NCBI GenBank assembly: GCA_051294905.1
Contig: CM119371.1
Span: forward strand, 24,554,001-24,618,000
From: Botryllus schlosseri
Taxonomy: Eukaryota
DNA: 64,000 nucleotides
Reading direction: 5' to 3'
Position 1 is the first letter of the stretch. Every line of letters begins with the position of its first letter. The notes below the pieces were generated by a model. It ran no database searches. It had not been told where the DNA came from and saw only the letters and a list, made by a program, of their open reading frames with translations. Positions 1 to 12,212 of the stretch are shown here, one piece after another. A program made the translations under genes and the position numbers.

Positions 1-591
1 AGTGAATTCGTTCAAAGCTTTCAGAAGTTTTGGGCCATTCGCGATACTGACGATCAGGCGCTTTCATTACCTTACGGCAAGCGTCGCAACTCTTAACGAG
101 ATTCTCAATGTCGCGATTAATGGAAGGCCATGCGATGTAACGTCGAGCCATCTGCTTCATTTTCGCGATACCCCAATGTCCTTCGTGCAACAATGAGAAG
201 ACTCGCGAGCGAAGTGACTGCGGAATTACTACGCGCTGAAAACCATCAATATCGAGCATGACTATGTCTTCGTGCAAAGAAAGCGAATGTTTGCGAGTCG
301 AAAACCAAGAAAAATCATCAATGTGTACCTTTGGGTTCCAATTACCATGAGTGACAGATAGTTTTACTAGTTTCATGGTTTTGTCCTTCAGCGTCGCGTC
401 GCGAATTTCATTGCGAGTTAACGGCAAACCATCGAATGCCATATTAATAGCGTGAACGATCTCCGCGTTTTCACGAATTTCCAGTTCGTCAAACTCAGGG
501 TCTGGACCCTTTGGTAGGCGAGATAAACCGTCGGCGTTTCCGTGCTGATTGGTCGGTTTATAGCGAATATCGTATTGGTAAGCCATGAGCG
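1..591 (-). pseudogene. Gypsy pol: RNase H C-terminus/linker and integrase HHCC zinc finger (frameshifted)
   Basis: Manual translation gives QRWALTLMAYQYDIRYKPTNQHGNADGLSRLP and HEGHWGIAKMKQMARRYIAWPSINRDIENLVKSCDAC. Confidence 0.85.
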
Positions 592-1327
592 TTAGTGCCC
601 ATCGCTGTACCGTTGCGCTGTAACCACGGGAATTTTCTTGTCCGGCGAGAAAATAGCTAAAAGCGGTTTGTGGTCCGTCACGAGCGTAAATTTTCTACCA
701 TACAAGAACTGACGAAATTTAGTGACTCCGTAAATGATTGACAGAGCTTCCTTCTCTATTTGAGAGTAGGATTTTTGCGAATCAGAAAGTGTTTTCGACG
801 CGTGCGCGATCGGTCTCTCTTCGCCATTGTGCTCGATTGAGAGGACAGCGCCGATTCCGAATTGAGAAGCATCAGTTGACAAAATGGGCTGCTTGTTTAC
901 ATCATAACGAGCTAACTGCGTAGCGTCGATTACGTCGTTTTTGAGAACGCAAAAAGCTGCGTCACAGTCCGTATTCCAAATGAATTTCGCGTCTTTTTGA
1001 AGAAGACGGTACAAGGCAGCGGCTTTATTCGTGAAATTAGGAATAAACGCACGATAATAATTGACTTTGCCCAGGAATGCCTGTAGCTGGCGAACATCCT
1101 GAGATTTAGGCAACTGTTTGATTGCTTCAACGGATTTGTGAGACGGGCGTTTGCCGTCCTTGTCGATTATGTGACCAAGGTACTCGATACTACTTTTGAA
1201 AAATTCACATTTAGCGAAGTTGACGGTGAAACCGTATTCGGTGAGGCGCTCAAAGAGTAGCGATAAGTTGCGAAAATGGTCGCGTTCATCAATGCCAGTA
1301 ACGATTATGTCATCGATAAAACTAGCA

Positions 1328-1330
<3 letters not shown>
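592..1330 (-). pseudogene. Gypsy RT C-terminal half plus RNase H
   Basis: ORF 592..1359: FIDDII, YLGHII, TDASQFGIGAVL, YSQIEKEAL, TDHKPL; its first residues derive from the LINE (GACA)n tail. Confidence 0.93.
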
Positions 1331-1358
<28 letters not shown>

Positions 1359-2822
1359 TTTTATTGCTTCGTCAAACAAAAAAGTTGACTGGAGGTGACG
1401 ATATGGCCTATAAAGGCCTTGTTACTCGTCACCTCCATGGCAGTGAAATAATCAAGTGTACTCATCCCAATAAATATAACAGTGGACAGTCTGCAACATG
1501 AAAAAAAATAATAATCACAAATAGAAGACAATAATACACACAAATATATAACAAAGACAGTAGCCATGGCAACATACTAGGTAAAGCAATATGAAGTCAA
1601 TAAATAGATGTATAATTTATAAATCAACGGGTACTAGATAGTAGATACTCTCATTTCTGATTATAATTTGAAAAAAGGTAATCCTGGTATTGGGTTTTAA
1701 ATTCATGCTGAGGTAGCTCTTTGATACTGTCGGGCACGTCATTCCAAATATTTGGGCCCATATATTCAATGGACTGTTGGGTCAGTCTGGAGTTCATACG
1801 GTGAACATAAAGATGACCAGATTCCGATGATCTAGTAGAATACCCATGCACAGTGGAAGATTGCTCAAACAAGCTATTAAAGTAAGGGGAGATATTACCG
1901 TTTGTGAATTTATGCATCAGGTTGGCTATTTCATAATTATACAAATCGGGTAGCTTAAGTATCCTGAGAGCTAAATAACCAGGAGTAGCAGATGACCTAG
2001 AATCTATGCCACATATATTTCTTATGGCTCGATTTTGGATGACACAGATTCTGTTTAAATCCGTCTGATTGGCCTTCCCCCATACACATAATCCATAAAG
2101 CAGATGAGGGTGAAATAATGAGAAATATATGGTTCTCAAGGTCTGTCTAGGGAGAGAATGTCTCAGTCTCGCTAGAATTCCGGCCGTAGCAGATAGCTTT
2201 TTACATAGATTGAAAATGTGGGTCTTCCATTTAAGATTCGAGTCAATGATAATTCCCAGATATCTTGTATGGGTTGGGGGTGCAATAATGACATCAGATA
2301 CCCTTAGTGAAAAAGTTGAGGTAGCTTTACAATTGAAGACCAGTACCTGAGTCTTAATTGGATTAATGGTTAGTCGGTTGGTTTTCATCCAAGCAGTCAT
2401 CTTACAAATCTCGGAATTAGCTTTGGTTTGTAGAGAGGTCAAGTCTGTAGCAGATATAAGTACACAAGTATCATCAGCAAATAGGACCGAGGTCTCCGAG
2501 ATACATGCAGCAACATCATTGATATAAAGACTGAATAATAGGGGTCCTAAAACGGAGCCCTGTGGTACACCACACAATATGTCACCCTTTTCAGAAGGTA
2601 GATGATCCTTACTGTAAACATATTGACATCGATTGGTAAGATAGCTTGTAATCAAATCCAAGGCTACACCTCTGATTCCATAGCACGAGAGTTTACTTAT
2701 AAGTATTGAATGATTGACAGTGTCGAAAGCTTTTTTTATATCAAGAAAAACAACACATGAAATCATACCAGAGTTGTGTCTCTGATAAATTTTGGAAGTA
2801 AGGGCAAGAATTGCTTGATTAG
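1331..2822 (-). mobile_element. 5'-truncated non-LTR retrotransposon, CR1/L2 group
   Basis: RT ORF open from the insertion edge to the stop at 1651; 3' UTR with AATAAA and (TGTC)n tail at 1331-1358; AACA on both sides (1327-1330, 2823-2826). Confidence 0.9.
1651..2766 (-). CDS. LINE reverse transcriptase, C-terminal part (371 aa, uninterrupted)
   Basis: FLDIKKAFDTVNH, GVPQGSVLGPLLF, FADDT, YLGIIIDSNLKW. Confidence 0.9.
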   Translation of the reverse strand: MISCVVFLDIKKAFDTVNHSILISKLSCYGIRGVALDLITSYLTNRCQYVYSKDHLPSEKGDILCGVPQGSVLGPLLFSLYINDVAACISETSVLFADDTCVLISATDLTSLQTKANSEICKMTAWMKTNRLTINPIKTQVLVFNCKATSTFSLRVSDVIIAPPTHTRYLGIIIDSNLKWKTHIFNLCKKLSATAGILARLRHSLPRQTLRTIYFSLFHPHLLYGLCVWGKANQTDLNRICVIQNRAIRNICGIDSRSSATPGYLALRILKLPDLYNYEIANLMHKFTNGNISPYFNSLFEQSSTVHGYSTRSSESGHLYVHRMNSRLTQQSIEYMGPNIWNDVPDSIKELPQHEFKTQYQDYLFSNYNQK

Positions 2823-3278
2823 AACACCGGGTAAGCCGGCGATCATGGCATCAATAGAGCGTTGAAAATTTGCGGGACTAGATGCGACTCCGAAACACAT
2901 GCGTCGGTAACGGAAAAGACCGAATTGCGTGTTGATGACACACAAATTCTTCGCATCATCATCTAATTCTAGCTGAAAATAAGCATCGGCAAGATCAATT
3001 TTCGTGAAAATACAACCACCCTGTAACTTGTGAAGGATTTCATCCAAGGAGGGCAGGGGATGTTGATCTATCTGAATCTGTTGATTCAATGCTTTGAAAT
3101 CACCACAAGTGCGTACTGATCCATTTGATTTAGTGACGGCAACAATTGGTGCTGCCCAATCACTGTAATTGATTGGTTCGAGAATACCTTGATTGACTAA
3201 ATCTATCCAATTCGGTTTGGACAGCGATTTGCCTTGCGAAAGGAAACGGGCGTGGCTTGTTAAATACAGGCTTGGCAT
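2823..3278 (-). pseudogene. Gypsy RT N-terminal half
   Basis: SDWAAPIV, CGDFKALN, KIDLADAYFQL, RMCFGVASSPANFQR; joins VASFIDD after LINE removal. Confidence 0.92.
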
Positions 3279-4110
3279 TAGGTTTCAAGTGAATAGTCAC
3301 CTTTGTCTTGGTGCATCGTCCTAATACATTAGAGAAAACGGAGGGAAATTTGGACTGAAAAGATACCAATTCGTCGTTTGAATCACAAATGTCAATAGTA
3401 TTACATGATTGCGATTTGACCATCTGCGAGGAAATTGCATCCAAAGCAGATGTTCCCTTAGCGGGCATGGAGAAAGCATCGCTCCAATCGAGACCAAAAA
3501 TGTTTTGCCCACGGTGTTCGTCGAGAACCACCAATTTTAAGCCAACTCGAACTTCAGAACCCACCTGCACGCTTACAGTGCAAATACCTTTCACTTTCAG
3601 TGGCTTGTCGCCATACACTACGAAAGAGCAATGGTATGCGGAGAGTTTCGGAGAGCCCAAAGTTTGGTACCCAGTCAATCCCACCATGGCGGAGGGTGCA
3701 CCAGTGTCCCACTGTGTCGGCAACGGAATGCCGTTGATGCTGGAGTTGATCCAGAGCTGGTTTCCCACGCGTCGATATAGTTGATCGATGTCGAAGGAGA
3801 GGAGTGGCACTGAGCAGAAATTGACGGATGTGACCTGTTGCGTGATACTAGGTTTGGTAGACATGCACACAGGTTTGATATGACCTTTACGACCACATTT
3901 CTGACATACTGCATGTCGATACTGACAGTCTTTTCTCTGGTGATCGATGAAACAGCGGCTGCAGGATTTCAATCTTTCCGGGAAGTTGCCTTGGATGGAT
4001 TTGGAAGGTTTTCTCCCCTTCTGATAACTTCCCGTCATTTTGTTAACGATGGAAGTGTCTTTTCCGCTACTCTCGCCCTGGATAACCCTATCGGTTTCCA
4101 GCGTTCTCAC
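3160..4110 (-). pseudogene. Gypsy gag zinc knuckles plus aspartic protease
   Basis: CSRCFIDHQRKDC and CQKCGRKGHIKPVC knuckles; WDTGA protease motif; GLDW. Confidence 0.88.
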
Positions 4111-4138
4111 GTGTGTTGCGGCTACTTTGAGAACGTCG

Positions 4139-4867
4139 TCAAGGGATGGATTGGTTTGTGTTTAGACAATGCGGTCTCACATCCGCGTGCGGCGTTTCTT
4201 TAATGATGAGATCGCGCATTAGCTCATCAACGTAGCTCTGATCACAGCCATCTCTTGAGCATATGAAGTTGCAATCTTTGGAGATTCCGCGTAGAGTAGC
4301 GATCCAATCGGCGTACGATTGTCCCGGTTGCATTTTGCAATTGTAAAATTCGTACCTGGCAGCTTGCACATGAATTGAGTCCTTGAAGTGTGTAGACAAC
4401 TTCTCAGTCAACGCGTCGAAAGTTTGAGCACTGACATCAGCAGCACCAAACAAATTACGTAGGAGCGAGTACGTTTCAGGTCCAACCCATGAGAGTAGAC
4501 ACGCTCTTTTTTTCTCCATGTTGGAAATGCCGTAAATTGCCAGGTGATGGTTGAATCGTTGCAGATATTGGTCCCATTTCTCCTTTGATTTTACAAATGA
4601 ATCAAACTTGGGAGCCGCTGCTTCAGATGTTGACGCACCCGGATTCAACCTCTGCGTCAATTGCGCCATTTCTGTCATGACTTTTGCCATTGCTTCGTCA
4701 TGCTTTGCTTGTTGTTGCACCATCATCTCTTGCTGCTTCGCTTGTTGTTGCGCCACAATCTCTTGCTGCTTCGCTTGTTGTTGCGCCATAATCTCTTGCT
4801 GCTTCGCTTGTTGTTGCACCATCATCTCTTGCTGCTTCTCGAGAATTTTCAATATACTTGCTTCCAT
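4139..4867 (-). pseudogene. Gypsy gag N-terminal part with Gln-rich repeat
   Basis: MEASILKILEKQQEMMV..., WDQYLQRF, LLSWVGPETYSLL, QPGQSYADWIATLR; frameshift before the knuckles. Confidence 0.85.
4703..4836 (-). repeat. 33-bp tandem repeat, ~4 copies (KQQE[M/I][M/V][V/A]QQQA)
   Basis: Repeated atctcttgctgcttcgcttgttgttgc. Confidence 0.9.
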
Positions 4868-4894
4868 GATGTATCTCGTCGCAGAAAAAACTTT

Positions 4895-4945
4895 GAATCC
4901 GACTTCTGACACCAATTGTGGGTTCGAATCCCACTTCTGACACCA
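4895..4945 (-). promoter_or_regulatory. Tandem double primer-binding site (tRNA-Leu)
   Basis: Minus strand TGGTGTCAGAAGTGGGATTCGAACCCAC-AAT-TGGTGTCAGAAGTCGGATTC, 2 nt after the LTR's CA. Confidence 0.9.
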
Positions 4946-4947
4946 AT

Positions 4948-5202
4948 TGTTATGTTCTAGATCTTGTTTGAACAATAACTCAATGCGACGAGGTTGCAAT
5001 ACGAAATCAGTATATTATCAGCAGTATGACTTCAAGACAAGCGACACGATCCAGAGTGCAGTTAAACGAAAGACCATGAGACAACAGAACACAGGGTATA
5101 AATACAAGCACGACACACGAGGAAATAATGATTGGCTGTAATTACTAATCCTATAGAAAGAAAGAGTTGTACGACAACGAACGTAAATGCCCGAACATAA
5201 CA
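4948..5202 (-). repeat. 5' LTR of Gypsy 1 (255 bp)
   Basis: 10-bp inverted termini TGTTATGTTC...GAACATAACA; adjacent PBS. Confidence 0.85.
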
Positions 5203-5408
5203 GTTGAAAACACAGTTCATCTTACCGCTGACAACGAACCAGGTCGGCTCATGAATTCGAACATAAACATCGAATTCACACTTGCCGAACTAAATCAAGC
5301 TTTGCGTAGCCGAAAATCCACTTCACCCGGGGAGGACTCCATAGGGTATGCGATGTTGAGAAATCTATCATCCTCAAACTATACAATTCATCCTGGGAGA
5401 CGGGGAAA

Positions 5409-5921
5409 TTGCCAGTCTCGTGGAAAAATGCTATAGTCTGCCCAATTGCCCAAAAGGGCAAAGATCCTACCTCGGCGGACTCGTACCGACCTATATCTCT
5501 CACGAGTCACATTTGTAAAGTCATGGAAGTAATGGTAACCAATCGCTTAAGATGGAATTTGGAGTCAAAGAATCTGATACATCCCTCACAGTCCGGCTTC
5601 CGGCGTGGTCGAAGCACCCTGGACCACATACTACGTCTCCACGACACGATTTACAAGAATATCCATCATCGGCGATCGGTGGTAGCGGTCTTCTTAGACA
5701 TAAGTCGAGCCTACGATATGGTGTGGCGTCACGCACTTCTGTATAAACTATACCAGCTCGGAATACGCAGACACATGCACCGATGGATTAAAAATTTCCT
5801 TTCTGACAGAACTTTCCAGGTGACCGTAGAGAACACTCTTTCCGACAGTTACGTACTGCAGAACGGTATACCCCAGGGAAGCGTTCTCAGCCCTTTGCTG
5901 TTTGCGGTCATGATCAAATGA
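5409..5921 (+). pseudogene. LINE A reverse transcriptase fragment
   Basis: RT motifs in the ORF track; premature stop. Confidence 0.88.
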
Positions 5922-6080
5922 TTTACCGAGCTCGTTACGTCATCGGTCTGAACATGTGGTGTTCGCAGATGACTGCGCTGTTTGGGATAGCGGTTTTCTT
6001 ATCAAGCCCCTCTTGTCTTCCATTCAATCATCACTCGATGTAATAAGCGACTGGTGTTCCAGATGGGGGTTTACCATCAG

Positions 6081-8678
6081 CAGGGCATGGTAGGGTATGG
6101 TATGGAACGTGGATTTTCCATACTCCATACTTGCCTTACTCTCTCCATACCATACTTGCAATTTTCCATACCATACCAACATTGTTCCATACCATACTTG
6201 ATACATATTCCATACTTTCAAATACTGCAATATCATAGTAAAGTACCTTTTCTAGCACCTGTTTTATGATATTTCGGGTGTAATTATTGCTTAAACCAGC
6301 CATGATGCGAATCTAATTCCTGGTAATAGTTCTACAGAGTGTGTTTTGGTGAGGTTTAGTTCACGGTGATTTGCCGTGTACGTCTACAGCTTCCGCGAGC
6401 AAAATGAGATAGTCAGCGGATTGTTATCCAGTAGCAGGGTTGTAATGACTCGAGTCACGAATTTTTGGTGACTCGACTTGACTCGAGTCATTCTCTTGAC
6501 TCGAGTCATTCTCTCTCGCCACTGCTTTCGTTACACTCGTCTGATATCAGATATGCCGCAGTAAAAACAACAGACAATGGCACATATAGTAGCAATGCAT
6601 TGTACAAAATCATCCAGTGATGAAGAGGTAATAGATCCTCCGCAATCAAAGTACTCGAGACTTTTCAATTATACAAGCAAACAATCGAAGCAAAGTTCAA
6701 TTAGATTAGAGGCAATGAAATGACTCAGATGGTCAAGTACTTGGAAGAGACTGATAAGCTCATGTGTAGATTTGAAGGCGATGATTCTTGTATTATTGGG
6801 CGACCAGAAATAATGAGTATCCAATGCTCTTCAATGTGGTTCAAAAATGCTTGTCAATTCCTGTATCTAGTGCACCAGTTGAACGTGTTTCAGTAGATGT
6901 GGATTTATTGTAAGGCCATGCATCTATAACATGTATGAGGATCTTCTTTCCACTTTAGTATTTTTGAATTGTAACTCATAATTGATTTGATCTGCTGTCA
7001 GTGAAAACACACAATACACTCCGTCCATTTGACGTTTTGTTAGGTATGTGCATTGTGCACGTGAGTAATAATGAATGACTAATGTTGTGTGATGTTTGTA
7101 CAATAGGGTTGTTAAAAAATAACTTCTTATTTATTTTACTAGGTGGCTACTTGGTAAAATTGTTATGTTGCATAAAAAGAACACTGAATCAGGCTTAATT
7201 TTAAAAAGTAGAATCAATGATATGAGAGGAGAAAATTTTATATTTGAAAATAAAGGGAGTGTTTTTGGTGAGAAATTATTTTATATAATATAATTGCATG
7301 CTAGTAGTAAGCCGACTATTTTTTCATATCCAATATATTCCACTCTAATAAATTCGCTTTTTCCAGTTGGAATTGAGCCAAATTTGCTATGAATCATATT
7401 TTTACACAATATAACAATATCATGAGGTCGCCGGTAAAATTCGAAAATCTCTATTTGTAGTTAATCCAAAATTTCCTCTCATATTAGTAACGCTCCGGCG
7501 GCTATTTCGGGAGCTGAGCAGGAAAGCTGACCTTTTTTTAGTCAACCACCATTATAATGTGAAAGAAAAACTACGTCCACATAAACATGCATCTGTTGAT
7601 TCTCTATCAGCTGGTATATAGACCTGAATTCGTTGGTTCTATATCAGATAGTAAGTAGAATGAATTCGTTGATTCTCTATAAGCTATAAGCTAATTCATG
7701 ATTGAAACATGAGTTGAACATGACTTCGATACTGTGACTTGGACTCGACTCGAGTCATAACACTATGACTCGGACTTGACCCTTTAAACGGTGACTTGGT
7801 CTCGGACTCGACTCGGTGATGAATTGAAAATGACTCGACTTGACTCGAGTCAAAAGCACAAAAGTAAGATTGACTCGTGACTCGGAACAATGTGACTTGG
7901 TTACAACCCTGTCTAGTAGGACCCTCCTTAAGAATATCATCGCATTTCCGATACATTGGCATTAGGCACATGCAAGTTTGAAGTAAATATTCGCACAATA
8001 ATTTATAATATAGGCGCACCCACAAAATATCCCATCTGCAGGTGATGAATGCTGCAGCGATCTGCGCGATTATTAGTACAGTATTTGGTTGAGGTTAGCG
8101 TGGCAAGAATTTCAAACTATATCTACCCCACTCTCTGATCTATAATCCAAATGCGAGAGCGTTTGAAATATGACCAATAAGATATCTCGGTATGTAAATA
8201 GTGTAAATGTGGCGGACAATGTTTCAGAAGAAATATAATTATCAATCACATTGAGCTATTTGTACATTGCAGCATGATTGCTCGTAAGCTGTCGTCACTC
8301 AAGGAATGAGGTAATTGGAGTAGCCTACATTACCAATTATTGCGTCACATGATAGACTATGCTTGAAGACGCCGTGTCTCAGCAGAATATCGGATCAACA
8401 TTACTGTTGTCATCATTGCATCACAAACTCATGTCATTCCAGGTGTTCCTAAAACCGTTGCATAAGCATAAGCGTGTATTATGTATTGTATTTGTTCCTA
8501 CACAGCGTTTAATAGTTCACACATCACAAAAGCGATCGTATTCCGTGAACAGCGAACAACGTACGCTTGATGAAGCTTGCACAGATCACGATAAAATGTA
8601 TAAAATATCAAAGTATGGAAGTATGGAAATGTCGTTCCATACCATAGAATAAAATCTTCCATACCATACCATGCCCTG
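6081..8678. mobile_element. Non-autonomous hAT-type element with GGTAT/ATACC subterminal repeats
   Basis: TIR CAGGGCATGGTA...TACCATGCCCTG; perfect 8-bp TSD ACCATCAG (6073-6080, 8679-8686). Confidence 0.9.
6435..7911 (+). mobile_element. Nested hAT deletion derivative with dimerisation-domain remnant
   Basis: TIR CAGGGTTGTAA...TTACAACCCTG; TSD TCCAGTAG/TCTAGTAG; GACTCGAGTC repeats; ~6790-6900 encodes YYWATRNNEYPMLFNVVQKCLSIPVSSAPVERV. Confidence 0.88.
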
Positions 8679-8705
8679 ACCATCAGTAAGGTCAAGACCG
8701 TAGGC

Positions 8706-9530
8706 ATGCTGTTCACGAAGAAAAAGAAAATTCCTCCACTCGTCTTGAAAACTGGTGACCATGAACTTGAAGTTGTCGACACCTACAAATATTTGGGTAT
8801 CACGTTTGACAAATTGCTTGACTATAAGCAACATATCGATACGATTTCCAAAAAGTGTTCGAACAGACTGAATCTAATCAGAGTCGTGACTGGTACCACA
8901 TGGGGAGCGAGTAAAAAACCATTGCTGCAGCTTTTCAGGGCGCTGATACGCTCACTGATTGACTATGGGTTACCAGCATATTACTTCGCCCCAAAAAAGT
9001 ATCTGGACAAGTTACGCATCATACGAGATCAAGCTCTCCGACTCTGCTGCGGAGCAATGCGCAGCGCCCCCATTTGTGCACTGGAAGCATCATGTGACGA
9101 ACTTCCTCTCCATCTACGCCATAAACAGCTTAGCCTTAACTATCGCTGCCACCTTAGACGTTACCAGGCTCACGAACACCCAACATTAGGAGTTCTTGAA
9201 GACTCTTGGCAGGAGATATATAGCCTCATGAACCCAAAATTCATTACTTTCAACATCGCCACCAATGTCGAGCCTCTGAATAACCTTGTCCTGGAAAGAA
9301 AAACTCTTCCAGATTTGCCTCCATTGCTGATGCAATCACCTAATATTGATTTAGACCTTGCAAAAATCATTAAAAAATACATCGCACCTCTGTCACATAA
9401 ACCCATAGTCCTGGACTTCATATTCGAACGATATAACGATGGCACTGAAATATACACTGACGGCTCTAAATCAGCAGAGGGAGTAGGTTTTGCATTTACC
9501 ATCCCGTCGCTGATGATAAACTTTTCCTAG
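8706..9530 (+). pseudogene. LINE A RT C-terminus and start of RNase H
   Basis: YKYLGITFDKLL, WGASKKPLLQL, IYTDGSK. Confidence 0.85.
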
Positions 9531-10799
9531 CCGTGTTCCACACTTAAGTCAATCTTCTCCATAGAAGCACAAGCCATTCTCCACGCTCTAAAATGGATCT
9601 GCCAGAATGGCTCATACCATCAAACATATCTGATTCTCTCGGACAGTTTGAGCGTGCTATCCAACTTGCAGGCTCAGCAAACGCAGAATGTTATATTTGA
9701 ATGTGGTCGCTTGCTGGACCAAGCGGTTCAGAAAGGCGCCGTCTTTGTCCTGGCCTGGGTACCGGGGTATGCTGATATCGCTGGTGATGAGTTAGCGGAC
9801 TGCATTCGATATGATTTTCATCGGAACTTTTTATTCGAGAGGGCGCGCGAACTCAAAATCACTGCAACACTCGAAAATCTACTGATCAACCCCGAAATGT
9901 TATCCCATGTTGCAAAATTTGTTATATCTTGTGGTACTTACTTGTAAATCGGTTCTTGCCCATATTTTGGTATATCGATCGCTCATTCTAGTCCGTGACG
10001 CACCTGGCCTCACAGGCGAAAAGCGTCACTCATCTTTTCATCAATAATAATAATAAATAACATTCAACCAACCAATCATCGTATTGTTGCTAATTCCATT
10101 GTTCGCGAATAAAACCCCTATGGTCCGTGATACGGTGTGACATTGTTTATATATGCTTGATAATGAAGTATTCAATTGAAAAGCAGGGGCATGTGGAAAC
10201 ATGTTCGAATCAGTTGACTGGTGCGGCCCGTGAACGTTTTGACGGTTTTAATCCGGCCCGCGGAGTAATTTGCGTTTGACACCCCGGACTAGGCCATCGA
10301 GTGTCTCGTTAAAAAGGCAATTCTTTTCTCTCGTTACGATTTCAAGTATTTCACGAAAACGCTTCTCGGTTAAGCTATTGTTGTTTGAGTTTGTCCAAGA
10401 ACGACACAAAGGTCCCGGGGACTCCAGTTCGTCGACAGGGTCAAAAACCAACATGTTTGTGTTGAGGCTTTTGATGCCTCATCATATCAGTCGTATGTTA
10501 TCCAAAACTTCACCTCTTCATGTTGCCCTGCGCAGAAGGGGTAGCCTCTAAATGTATGAGTCTCAGAGGCCCAAATCCGCTCGTTGCACACCCCTACACT
10601 ATCTCATCCCAACGGTATTTGACCATGTTTTCCAAAGAAAAAGATGAAACCAGTCGGACAAATCGCATCATCAATTCAAACCAAAGGTTTACACATTTTC
10701 ATGATGATGCCATATTTCTGATTGGCTCAATTATCGGCAATCATACCAACGTACAGTTACCTTGGACATGTAAAAACTATAGATGGATATTTGTGCAAT

Positions 10800-11432
10800 A
10801 AATTCAAGAAATATTACATACATATTAACAGATAGCTCTGGCACCGTGTCGACCCAAAATTTTACCCTTTGCGACCCATACTTTAATAATCCTTGACGGG
10901 TAAAAATTTGCATTACAGTAACTTGAAAAATTGAGTCCGTAATGATGGTACTTACTACTATCCTCGTTCCTCGCGCTGATCTACCTGTTATTACAAAAAT
11001 ATCATAATTGTGCAGAAAAAGACAGCAGAAAGACAATTTGACGTCATTATTTCAGTCTGTCGCCGGCTGAGATGGGCTGATACATTGTATGTCTGCCACT
11101 ACACCTGCTTTCGAAACAGACTTTTGGTTACCTAATAATTATCCTCTAAGGCTTGTGAGAGACAAAATAATTCTCAAAGCTACAGTTAGTGGTGCATCGT
11201 AAGTCAAACAAGTTTTTAAAATTGCGTCACAACCACAAAAGTTAAGCGGACAGTGTATTTATATTTCCTATCAGGTTTATTTGAATTATTCCACGTCAGA
11301 AAAATTAACAATCATTTACGATTTTTATGCGGATCCGGATTTTCATTGGCACCGTTCGCATCACCGTCTTCATTCGCACTGCCTTTTTTTCATTCGCACA
11401 AGTAATTATCATTCCACGGGTTGAAAAGAACT
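10800..11432 (+). mobile_element. Diverged right part of the CAGTGCTTTTCAACC family (cf. 52811-56921)
   Basis: Colinear with 54730-55091 plus 56613-56921 (accgtgtcgacccaaaatt, cattcgcac repeats, ggttgaaaag). Confidence 0.7.
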
Positions 11433-11473
11433 ACTGTATCCTGATGTGGATCTGGACAGTTTAATCTCATCAT

Positions 11474-12212
11474 TAGGGGAACTATTTTGAAATGACAAAA
11501 TAAGTCAAAAATTTTTGGACCCCTGCATTTCGTTTGTGTCGAAAATTTTGCACTGATGGTGAACTTATCATTTGATATTTTACAGCCTGTAGCCTTTTTT
11601 ATGGGCCTACCGTTGTTAACGGAACATTGTCTGCTGATTGTGAATCATAAATGGTCAAATGACACAAATAAGTTGACATGGTGTTATGGTCAACGTACCG
11701 CGACATCCTACCTAAAGATAAACTGCTTGGGCATCGCATGGTTCTTATATCAAGAAGCGCACCATGAACGATTTTGATGTAGAGAACATTGTCAGAATGA
11801 AGCAACACGGTGTGTCACCAGCAGTGTACGCACAACTTCAGTGTTGTCAGCCAACAACTGCTGCTGTTGAACGTGCTTTCTCGATTTTTTTTCAAGCTAC
11901 TTAGTAAGGACAGACTGTTTCTACCCGAGTATATAGGAAAGTATCATTCGTTGTACCATCGCAAATTTTAATTATTTCTTCCATAATACGTGATGTAAAT
12001 ACTGTAATTCTTCATAGGGCCAGATTTCGTCAAAATACAAGTTTATTCATGTAAAATAATGTCAGTTTTTTAGTCAAAAACTTTTTTTCAGGCCAGTACA
12101 ATTTTACCATTATGTGCTTAAACAGCTAAATTCCATACGTGAGGTCAAAAAGCCTAAATTTTGATTTTTCAGGTCAACATCTTCCTATTTTTAGGTCAAA
12201 AAAACAGCCCTA
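11474..12212 (+). mobile_element. Old hAT-like deletion derivative
   Basis: TAGGG...CCCTA termini; flanks CTCATCAT/CTCAACAC; remnant QPTTAAVERAFS...KLLSKDR near 11850-11915. Confidence 0.55.

Larger units (their letters stand above)
1..5202 (-). mobile_element. Ty3/Gypsy (Mag-like) LTR retrotransposon 1, defective, runs off window start
   Basis: 5' LTR 4948-5202, then tRNA-Leu PBS, gag, protease, RT, RNase H and integrase fragments in Gypsy order on the minus strand; split by a LINE at 1331-2822. Confidence 0.93.
5203..10057 (+). mobile_element. Decayed I-group LINE with RNase H (LINE A)
   Basis: SPGEDSI, YRPISLTS, QSGFRRGRST, GIPQGSVLSPLLF, FADD, YKYLGITFD, IYTDGSKS, WVPG; (TAA)n tail ~10045-10057; interrupted at 6081-8678. 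Confidence 0.9.

Noticed and set aside
4918..4945. tRNA gene
   Set aside because: Only the 3' 28 nt, with encoded CCA, next to an LTR; it is a PBS.
4551..4946. Cys-rich and His/Leu-rich ORFs
   Set aside because: Antisense or alternate frames of the gag 33-bp repeat.
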